Assembly (NCBI RefSeq): GCF_001194135.2 | Contig: NC_068996.1 | Span: forward strand, 34,177,415-34,226,322 | Reading direction: 5' to 3' | DNA: 48,908 bases | Source: Octopus bimaculoides | Lineage: Eukaryota | Part shown: positions 11,398 through 21,545 of the stretch, piece by piece | How positions within the stretch are numbered: position 1 is the stretch's first letter | Layout: every line of letters starts with the position of its first letter | Made by a program: the position numbers and the translations under genes | Notes under the pieces: generated by a model | Seen by the model: only the letters and a program-made list of their open reading frames with translations | Database searches by the model: none | Told to the model about the DNA's origin: nothing

Positions 11398-11612
11398 GCT
11401 GCTTCAGGCTGATGATGAGCAAAGACTCAGAAACATGTCCCTGAATGCACACTAAGCTGGGTGGAGGAGTTTGTCTCCCCTTCGTAAACATAAGGACACA
11501 GGAAATGTGTCAAGGCCAACAGGAAGCAGTCCAGCTTCCTAGGGCTAAATAGCAGTAGTATATTCCCTTATTGGGACCGTCACGTTAAGTTGGCAGTATA
11601 CAACTACTTTAT
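11398..11612 (+). mobile_element. Retrozyme-like monomer, locus 1, portion right of the LINE, ending at (TA)n
   Basis: Hammerhead plus a 180-bp direct repeat of 5361-5540, truncated at ACTTTAT and followed by ATATATAT. Confidence 0.75.
11401..11448 (+). ncRNA. Type I hammerhead ribozyme; predicted cleavage after C11439 (GUC)
   Basis: Stem I TTCAGG (11403-08)/CCTGAA (11440-45), core CTGATGA (11409-15), stem II TGAG-caaaga-CTCA, GAA (11430-32), palindromic stem III ACATGT (11433-38), then C17. Confidence 0.85.
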
Positions 11613-11735
11613 ATATATATTTGAAGAAAAGCAACAAAAATTCAATAGGTTATAGCAGTATGTACGTTTCGTACAACATTTTAAGTACCACATTTAATCT
11701 TTTGATTAAATCTATATTATTATTATATATATATG

Positions 11736-11767
<32 letters not shown>

Positions 11768-11877
11768 TACATAAAGATGTATATATGTATGTATAAATAT
11801 GTGTTGATGTGTGTGTGTGTGTATGATAGACACTCCCTCCCGTCAGTCTTGACATATGACAACCTACTCTTTCTTTG

Positions 11878-12772
11878 TCAGTTATAATGCTTATGTTGAA
11901 TGTGACATTTGAGTCCTGCTAACAATTTGCAAAGAAGCCTGCAGATGTTGCGAGTATGAGGATTATGGGTCAGTGTAGGCAGTATACTTGCAGCTGCTTT
12001 TCTCCTTTGCCTTGCCCTCCTAGGCCTGCTAACGCTGGTTGCAACAAAGTTTCGTATACCATTTTGACACAACGATCTCCATCTTGTTTGCTCAAAGGTG
12101 TTATGAGCTCTATTGACTACTGAGAGGTTACTCTTCAGCTTATCCATATATCTGAGCTGTTGTTGACCAACATTCCTGTGTCCAATATCAAGCTGGCTGT
12201 ACATGAGAACTTTGGGTATTCTTCCATCACTCATTTTGATGACATGGCCAGCCCAGCACAACTGCGACTGCATAAGAAAGCTCTTGGTTCCATCAGTTTT
12301 ACACTTGCTAAACAGATCAGCATTAGAGGCTCTGTCTTTTAATGAGTAACCACAGATTGTCATGAGACAGCCTTTGTGGAAGATGTCTAGTTGGTTAATG
12401 TGCTGTCTGTAGGGTGTCCATGATTCTGAGCCATATAAGAGCTCATGATTCTGAGCTCTTATCATTGTTCCAGGTTTTATGAGAGCTGTGCATTTTACCT
12501 ATCAGCTGCTGGACATCTGTGTTGTTATCACTGAACCAATCTTGATGTTTACAAATAGGAAGTTCAAGAGCCTCTATGGATGCAGAGAGCATTGCATCAT
12601 GCATAGCCTTCCAAGATGATTTGAAAGCATCACTGATATCAAGTGTTGAGTGCGGCTTGATAAAAAGCTCAGCCTGCTTTCCAGTGGTTTTCAAAGGCAG
12701 GAAATTAATGTGTTTAATTAATGTGCTCTTGTGTGCTACTGGTAACATGTAATCCAGTACAACTTGTTGCAT
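11878..12772 (-). mobile_element. RTE-clade LINE remnant with the RT core deleted
   Basis: The EN-RT linker (KHQDWFSDNN) abuts the post-RT region (LLYGSESWT, LCWAGHVIKMSDGRIPK) near 12455. Confidence 0.7.
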
Positions 12773-12949
12773 GATCAGGTCATTAGTGACTAAACTGGCA
12801 CCACCAGGCTTGCTTGGTGAGGAAAGTGATTGTTGGATACCCTGTGGGACAAAAAATAAAACCCATCAAAGGATGGAGGAACTCATGAATAGTCAATGGC
12901 CATCCAACAATATACACACACACACACACACATTTCATCATTTTTTTTC

Positions 12950-13115
12950 TGGTTTTTTTTTGTTCTCTCTCCATTTTTTCCACTCAATCTTTTCTGTCAA
13001 AGAGCACTGGCTTGTAACATCAAAACTCTTCCATTCTTCCCGAGCGTCAAACTAATACATCTGCTGGTTGGTTCCCTCACTTGTCTGCATCTTTTGTTTT
13101 CTGTAAATTTTAACT
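12950..13115 (+). repeat. Second, more decayed copy of the 2590-2790 repeat
   Basis: Shared TTCCCGAGCGTCAAACTAATACATC. A degenerate motif TTTT-CTGTCAA-A-GAGC...-GTA-ACAT-C-AAAA lies at 12990-13025. Confidence 0.5.
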
Positions 13116-13141
13116 TTATACATGTATACATATACATACAT

Positions 13142-13174
<33 letters not shown>

Positions 13175-13390
13175 CGTGTGCATGCATGCACGCACGCATG
13201 TGTGTGTGTGTGTACATATTCTGCTTTTAGGATCTGTGTTTCACTGAAATTAGCAATCTGCTTGAGCTTCACATATTGCTAGTCATCCCAGTCCTTTGTC
13301 ATTTCCTCTGTGAGGTTCAACCTTCTGAATTCAATCTCCACTACTTCATCCCACATATTCCTGAATTACCTCTTCCACAATCTTCATCTA

Positions 13391-14686
13391 TTATGTAGTC
13401 TGGAAAGTTCTGAGTGTTTTTAATATGCAAAAAGAGATATAAATGATTAGCCCTTCAATAAATTTTATTCAATAAAATAATTTCCATTATTATTGATGGC
13501 CTTTTCCCATTTATCAGGCAATTTAAATATTCCATCAGCATATAGATGTTTTCAATCTAGTGTGGATTCTTTGCCATCAAATTTGATGGCAAAGAATCCA
13601 AACTAGATCGAAAACATCTATAAAATTTGACTGGTTTTGAAGAAAAAAAATCATCTAGATGCACTTTAACTCTGTCTAAATCATTAAATGTTTTTCTTTG
13701 CAACAAGTTCTGTAGAGACAAAAACACATGGTAGTTGGATGGTGCAATATCAGGAGAATATGGTGGATGGCATAAGAGATCTAAGCCAAGTTCATGTAAC
13801 TTAGTTTGGGTAGTCAAATATAAATGTGCTCGGGCATTTTTTTGGTTCAATTTAGCTAGCTGACAACAGTACACAGCAGAATTAATGGCCTGATTTTGTA
13901 GGAGAAGCTCATAATAAATAATGCCTTTATGATCCCACCAAACACAAAGCATTGCTTTTTTAGTATGGATATTCGTCTTTGGTTGCTGTTTGGGGAGATC
14001 CTTATGCAAACTCCAGGATCTCTTTTGCACTACATTTTCATACACAATCCAGTCACAAGTTGTTTAAAAAAAGGCATGCTTTCATTCCATTTCAAAAGCA
14101 TATCACAAACAGAATACTGGTCCAAGCAATTCTTTTCTGAGAGTTTGTGAGGGACTCATACCTTATGAGAAATGTATCCTAGCTTCACTAAGTGTTCATG
14201 AGCCATACTTTTAGAAACTTCCAACTCCTCTGCAAATTCTCTAGTTGTGATATTTGAGTTTTCTTTGATATTTTGCTATCAAAACATCTTCATTCAATTT
14301 TGAAGAGCTTCCACTGCGACTGTTATCTTCCAAGCTAAACTCTCCAGCTTTAAATTTTACAAACCACCTTTTGAACAGTTGATTCAGATACAGCATCATC
14401 ACCATAAACTTCCCAAATGTTTTTGCAAGTCTTTGCTGCACTTTCTTTTTTTTTAAAAAAGCGAAAACATTACAATGCAAATATGAAATTTTTGGTTATC
14501 CATTTCAAATGTCAATAAAGGGTAACTGGAATGAAAGATAAATCTATTTTTAGTCAGTAACAAAGAAGAGATGCACTACCACTTCGAGCAGTGCCAAAGT
14601 TTTAATTGTGTTACATTTTAGGTGTGTTCAATGAAGCATTAAAAGATTTAGCTTAAAAATGCTCAGAACTTTCCAGACAACCCTAA
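13391..14686 (-). mobile_element. Mariner transposon, full-length size (1296 bp), defective transposase
   Basis: Imperfect TIRs (GTCTGGAAAGTTCTGAG / CTCAGAACTTTCCAGAC) flanked by TA at 13389-90 and 14687-88. Motifs MLCVWWD, NARAH and HPPYSPDIAPSNYHVF, with frameshifts. Confidence 0.9.
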
Positions 14687-16869
14687 TAACATAAGTGATT
14701 GAGATTTCTTTATGCATCCATGCCTATCATGTGACCATACCAGTACAGCCTTCTTTTTTGCACACTACATCTGATTCTTTTTATATCTAGTTGTTCTCTC
14801 AACATTGGCTATGTCCTCTTATTTCATACAATATTCCTCTATATATCATCTATCCTGTGATTCAATCATTCTGTACTGCAGAGGTTCTGTCAAAGAACAC
14901 AGTATATGTTTAGGGAACTCCTGAACAGCTTTTTCCAGGGAACCAAACTGAATGACTTTTACTCAACTTCTGTAAGACTATTTCCTGAAATGTGAGGACA
15001 GTCTCCTTGTATTACACAGTCTACAATTCTCCCATTTCCAAAACGAGCTAACTCTTGTGTCAAAGAAATGAAAGAACCATAACTGACTTTATGGAATCTT
15101 GATTTCCTCTACATCTTGACCAGAATTATTCCAAAAGCTCAGTGACATGTATGGACTGTTTCATCTCTCCTGAAATTTAAAAAATGAAATCTGGAGAACC
15201 ATATAGGCTATACATATGTATATAAAACAAAGAAAGATGTTAAAATTGTCTGTGGTAGATTCCATAAAATTTAATGTATTATTTTTTTTTAAAAACCTGA
15301 TTTAAGAAAACAAATCATAGTTTGTTAAAGTAGCAAACTGAAAGTGATAAAGATTTGAAATATGAGTTTACTTATAATTATTTTCCCATTTTAATTATTG
15401 TTATGCTGACATGAATGTGAAAGCAGGGGAAATAATTCCTGTATTAGCAACCTAGCTGTCTATGTAACTATCCAGTAGAGAAAATGTATAAAAGGTGCTG
15501 GGAACTAATAGGGAGTCATCTTGAAACAAAGAGTAATGAAAAACAAGAGTTGGCAGAAACATTTAAACCTATTGAAGACTATAACTCTTATATTAATTGG
15601 CTTTATTTTGCTCATCAAATAAATAACAGAATTCTGCTGTGTATAAATGTTAATATGGAATGAGATGAAACTAGAAATTGAAGATGTATAGAAATAATAT
15701 TGTGGGGTATTTAATACACAGGCTACAGCTCTTATAAAACAGTAGGAAAATACAAAAATGAAAACTACTCTTAATCATCTACAATGAAATATATTGTGAA
15801 AAATAAGGAATCCAACTGAGATGAATAAATTGTAATAAATCATAAAAGCATACTCCTGTTGGCTACATGCTTGAAAATGGCCATCATTTATTTGCTATCA
15901 ACTAGGATGTTTTTCTCAATAATTCATTTCTCATCATTCTTGTTGTGTCCATTACCATCCCACCCCTAGTTCAACACTAATCACTAAGACCAGTCCTTCC
16001 ACTCCAGATCATTATCCTTCTGGAATTTCCTCCCTGCTGTTGTACTTCCTGCAGATGTTAACTTATAAAAGTTTAAGGGAACATTAATGGTATTGATCAT
16101 ACTTGACTAGAAGGGCCTGTAAAAGTCCTCCAGAACCAGCAAGTGAAAAAAGATAGCAACTTTATTTTTTATTTTCAACAACTACAAGATACAAACAGTG
16201 TCCATGGTAGTGAATATATGAAGTTTTCTTTCATTGTAGAGAAAAAACCTTAACTGAAGCTCCTTGTAGGATCCACTCTTTTTAATGAGTCCATCATAGT
16301 CCTGACTACTTCATGTTTCCTATCTCTAAGTCATTTCTTTCTTTCTTTAAAAAAAAAGCAGGGCTCTGCTCTCTAGCTATTCACCAGTTGTAGATCCTAC
16401 ATCACAATGAAATATTCTTTGGCCTCATTATCAAATGACTCCCTGGTAAAAAAAAAACAGGCCTTGTACCTAAATTAGAAACATCACACACATAGCATAT
16501 GCATAGAGAAGCTTGCTCAATGTAAGCATATGTCATAAGAAATAAATATACTGTTGCTGCTTGATTTAATATTGGTTTAAAATTTTGTTACAAGGCCAGC
16601 AAGTTAGGGTTAGGGGTAAGTTGATTATATCAATCCTAGTGGTGAACTGGTACTTATTTTATCAACTTAGAAAGGATGAAAGGCAAAGTTGACCATGGCA
16701 GAATTTGAACTCAAGAATGTACAGATAGAGAAAATACTGCTAAGCATTTTGTCCAGCATGCTAGCAATTTTGCAAGCTCACCATCCTGCTATTTAATTTG
16801 ATATTGATTTTCTTACATAAATAATTATATGACATGCATTCAAAAAGAATCCAATTTTATTTTTCCCCA

Positions 16870-17560
16870 TCAAAACCAATTCTGTGTGGACAAAATCCTT
16901 TGAGTAGGAAATGACACCACCTTTCCTGCACATGCATGAAAATTTTCAAGCTGGTAGGGCACATCAGTTCCTGCCTGTTATACCTAGAGTACACACATAT
17001 AGTGCATGCTTGTTGGATCTTTATTTTCAGGTAAGATGACCAAATGCATTAAGTTGAGATATTGCATCAAGTTTTGCCAAAAGCTTATTGGGACTCAAGC
17101 TCAAGATGATTTAGCTGGCCTTTGGCAATGATGCATGGGCAAAACTTAGATCAAGGAGTGGTATAATTGCTTCAAATATCACTGCACCCCAGTGGAGAGT
17201 GAGGTATACTCAGGCAGACAATCCACAAGCTGAAATGAAGTACTGACGGAGAAGGTTTGGCACATAGTCATCAATGACTGTCATGTAACAATCCAGGAAA
17301 TTGTGCATAAAGTAGAAATAAGCATAGGATCAGTGCATTTGAGGGAGTGTTGGCAAAATTCGTTACCAAGAAGCAACTCCACATGGCATCAATCATATTC
17401 CCGTTCTTAGATAAGTTGGATGGAATTTGTGGTAGATTTTCTACAACCAAACGCCCATCCTGTTGCCAACCCTCACCTGTTTCCAAGCAAGGTAATATTT
17501 TCCCTGGTCACATGTTTGTCATGGAAGGCTGGAAATGAAGATCCTTACTTCTATGACAAT
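16870..17560 (+). mobile_element. Decayed mariner-like fragment (N-terminal HTH region)
   Basis: Broken frames resemble the mariner N-terminus (YCIKFCQK, AFGNDA, VTIQEI, AKFVTK). Confidence 0.5.
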
Positions 17561-17676
17561 GATGCTCATTACGGCCATCACATGATGTCTAGACATTGAT
17601 ATACACAAATAAATACAGACACACACATATGTAAATAATAGTTATGTATCTGTATATTTATATGTACATATATCAA

Positions 17677-19594
17677 ATCATCCTCATCATCATTTAACAT
17701 CCACTTTCCATGCTGGCATGGATTAGACAGTTTGATTGAGGGCTGGCAAGGTTTCTACAGCTGGTGCTTGCTACATGCCAGCCCGGTGACACTGGCATCT
17801 GTCATGCTCGAATGGAGTTTTTTACAAGCCACCAGCACGGGAGCTACTCTTGGCCACAACAATGATTTCACTTGGCTCAACAGGTCTTCTCAAGCATGCC
17901 CAATGATTGAAGGGGTACTTTTTAAACAGGCCAATTATGTGACACTGGCATCGGCCATGGCTATAATCTCACTTAGCTTGCCGGGGTCTTCTCAAGCACA
18001 GTATATCCTCAGAGGTCTCGATTGCCTGACATTGCCTCTGTAAGGCCCAACTTTCGAAAGTCATGTTCACCATCTCATCCCGTGTCTTCCTGAGTCTATC
18101 TCTTACACAGGTTCCCTCCACTGTTAAGGTGTGACACTTCTTCACAGAGCTTTCCTCATCCATAGATAACACATGACCATACCGATGCAGTCATCTCTCT
18201 TGCACACCACATCTGATGCTTCTTATATCCAACCTTTCTCTCAGGGCACTTACACTCTGTTGTGTATGCACACTGACACTACACATCCAGCGGAGCATAC
18301 TAGCTTCATTTCTTTCAAGTCTATGCATGTCCTCAGCAGTTATAGCCCATGTTTTACTGCTGTGTAGCATGACTGTTCATGCACATGCAGTCTACCTTTC
18401 ACTCTGAATGAGAGGCACTTTGATACCAGCAACATTGCCCAGGTTATTTTTATTCTAGCAGCTATGCTCTCAGAGTATCCATCCTCGCTACTGACTTGGT
18501 CACCTAGGTAACAGAAGCTATCAACTACTTCTAGTTTTTCCCACTGGCATATGATGGAATCTGTTTCCTGTACATCTTCGGAATTTATTGCTGCTGTGCA
18601 TCTGATCTGCCACACACAAAAACTATCTTTCCAGTTAACCTTCTTTTGATATTGCTACACCGCTTATGTGTCCACAGCTCACACCAGTTACATCTTATGG
18701 GGTTTCTAGTTATGCTTTTCCTACAGTTGGAGGACTATGATGAATAAGAGGGGGCTGAGAACTGATCCTTGGTGAACCTCTACTCCTACCCAGAATTCTT
18801 CACTACACTTGTTGCCAACCTTCACCTTACTGACAGCATCCCTGTATATAGCTTGTACAGCTCTCACCAACCACTCATCTATCCTTAGTTTTCACATTGA
18901 CCACCAGGTAAGGGATAGTGGGATTCTGTCAAAGGCTTTCTCCATGTCAATGAAAGCCAAGTACAGAAGTTTATCTTTGGCTAGGAATTTCTCCTGCAGC
19001 TGTCTAACCAGAAATATAGCATCAGTGGTGCTTCTCCCTGGCACAAACCCAAATTGCATCTCATCTAAACTAACTCTCTCTCTAATTAGTGGAGTTGTCT
19101 TTCATCATTTGACTTTCATGAATTTCATCACTTGATCCTACAACTTGATACCTCTGTAATTATTCCTATCTAATGCATCACCTTTACTTTTGTAGCAGTT
19201 GACTATGGTGCTGCTACACTAGTCATTGGGTATGACTCCTTTATGAATCACCTGGTTGTCTATACAGATGACTAGACTATAGCCTACACCATCAGATATT
19301 TTAAGCATCTCAGCAGTGATTCCTGATGGGCTGGGGGCTTTCCCTGTCTTCATACCCTTAATTGCTTTGTCTACCAAGGTACTGTCAATTTGAATAGCTG
19401 GACCCTCTGTTGGGTCAAAATTTGGCAGACTCTCTTTCTCCCATTCATTCTCTTCATTTAGCAGCTATTCATAGTGTTGTCTCCAAGTCTCTCTCTTTGC
19501 AGCATCATTAAATGCAAGTGAGCCGTCATCCATGCAGACACATTTCTTTTCTATGACATCACAATTTTCTCTTAAACATTGTCTTGCAATCTGA

Positions 19595-19597
<3 letters not shown>
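17677..19597 (-). mobile_element. RTE-family LINE, 5'-truncated and decayed (RT + 3' UTR)
   Basis: Homologous to 42612-45300. The minus strand encodes AFIDMEKAFDRIP and GVHQGSVLSPLLFII, and ends in an (ATG)n tail. Confidence 0.8.
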
Positions 19598-19632
<35 letters not shown>

Positions 19633-19635
<3 letters not shown>

Positions 19636-20356
19636 TAAAGATTATTTGCCAACATAATGTGGCAGTCCCAGTTGGGATGAATGCTACTGTTGTTTAGCCC
19701 CAGGAAACATCGTCTCCAGCTGGCTATACAACACACAATCTGTGTCCTTATATTTTCAAACAGGGGAGTTTAGTATCCCCACTCAGCACAAAACAATATC
19801 TGTGGACCATGGTTTCTGGGTTAATTTCCTTCCTCGGCACAGAATAACTGCTCAGCTAGAGGTGGTGTTGCTAAATCCCCATTTGAAAATATAAATAATT
19901 TTCAAAGTAATACACAGTCACTGATCTAATAAATAGAAACATTATTATTTCTAAATCTTTCAACGAGAGACATTCAGTAGCAGTACTTTAAAGTAAAGAT
20001 TATTTGCCACCATAATGTGGCAGTCTTAGTTGAGATGAATGTTACTGTCATTTAACCCCAGGAAACCTCATCTCCAGCTGGCTATATGATACACAATCTG
20101 TGTCCTTATATTTTTGAACAAGAAAGTTTAGCATCCCAACTCAGCACAAAGCAATATCTGCGAACTGCGGTTTCTGAAGGACACAGATTGTGTGTCATAT
20201 AGCCAGCTGGAGACGATGTTTCCTGGGGCTATACAACAGTAATATCTGTCCCAACCAAGACTGCCTCATTATGTTGGCAAATAGTCTTTACTTTAAAGTA
20301 CTGTTACTAAATGTCACTCGTTGAGAGATTTAGAAATTAAAAAATGTTTCTATTTA
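19633..20356 (-). mobile_element. Retrozyme-like locus 2: 358-bp tandem repeat plus inverted arm
   Basis: Direct repeat AGTAAAGATTATTTGCC at 19634 and 19992 (period 358). The arm at 20177-20356 is inverted relative to about 19930-20108. It is homologous throughout to locus 1. Confidence 0.75.
19799..19843 (-). ncRNA. Type I hammerhead ribozyme (U4C core variant); predicted GUC cleavage between 19805 and 19804
   Basis: The minus strand reads TCTGTG-CCGAGGA-a-GGaaattaacCC-a-GAA-ACCATGGT-C-CACAGA, giving a 6-bp stem I and an 8-nt palindromic stem III. Confidence 0.7.
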
Positions 20357-20373
20357 CACACACACACACACGA

Positions 20374-20574
20374 TGTTATATCCTTGTGGATAAATGAATA
20401 CACTGCAACAGTGTAATAACAATATAGTCCAAACAAACACCAGTAACCACACGTAACATAATGATCTTTTAAGAACCAACAGTCCAACACACTATCTTAA
20501 ATTGTAAACTTTGAACTCCACTCATGACATTCTTGTCATGGGGCATCGTAGTCTCACACAGTATCTCCCCTTTT
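20374..20574 (-). mobile_element. Possible short LTR (TG...CA, 20374-20560) preceded by a polypurine tract
   Basis: The minus strand reads AAAAGGGGAGA-TAC-TGTGTGAG...ATAACA. No second LTR or internal ORF was seen. Confidence 0.3.
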
Positions 20575-20869
20575 GTGATTTCGCGTTACAAAGGAATAAA
20601 GAAACACTTTATATCAGTTTTAGCAACGGTTTTCATACACTTAGCTTTTTCTGTGCTTGTTTCCAGTACATCTAATTCAGGGATTTGTTGTATTTGAAAT
20701 TCACTTAGACGCTGAAATGTGTATTATTTTATTATTATTATTATTTGGCCCAATATATTATATATTAAATGAGTCTTGGTGTGTGGCTTTTGGCCCACTC
20801 TGTATATATATATATATATATAAAGGCAAATAAATATATAGCAAATATCATGCAAGATGAATTTTTGAT

Positions 20870-21545
20870 TCTTGAAATTATCTTCCTTTTAAAGAGAAGA
20901 ATAAACAAACACCTTATGGTAATTGGACCAAGTCCAAATGAGAAGGGGAGATAATGACAAAAATCAAGAACTCTCCAAAATTAACATGCCAATAAGGAAA
21001 AGATAATTTGATCATCAAGGGACAAGGGGACAGCTTTAGGCATGTTTCTACTCCAATAGGCATCATCAACACAAGAGGTGTCCAAGCTTCAACCCAAAAG
21101 ACACAAAAATCAGACACTTACAAAGAGAGTTTAAAAATAATAATGGTTTAGAATAATTTGCATAATTTAAATGAAAATGGGCTAAGAGAGTACCGAAGAC
21201 ATGTATTTGGACAATAAAGATGAATAAAGGTATATTAAATGTCATACATAATAAATTCTTGATTTATTCAATTTAGGTGATAAATGTTTTCTACTCTTTT
21301 CTATATGTATTTCACCAGTAGGATTCAAGAGTGATCAACCACTGAGCTGATGATGTCTACTGAGGCAATAACATATGTTCACAGCTGTTCTCTTGTTTCC
21401 AGGCATTCAGATTGTCTTTTTATGAATGGTGTGTCAATTTTGGTGAATTCTTCATCCTTAAGATTATCTCCCCTTCTCATCTGGAGTTCATTGTAATTGC
21501 TACAAGGTTTTTGTTTAGTCTTTTCTTAAAAGAGATACACATTAG
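20870..21545. repeat. Diverged inverted repeat pair (about 20870-21100 / 21320-21545)
   Basis: ATGAGAAGGGGAGATAAT at 20938 (+) is mirrored on the minus strand ending at about 21480, with gapped similarity over about 230 bp. Confidence 0.6.

Noticed and set aside
11640-11710. Minus-strand GTAC...GTAC-GAAACGT-A half-hammerhead
   Set aside because: There is no recognisable CUGANGA core or stem I, so it is too degenerate to call.
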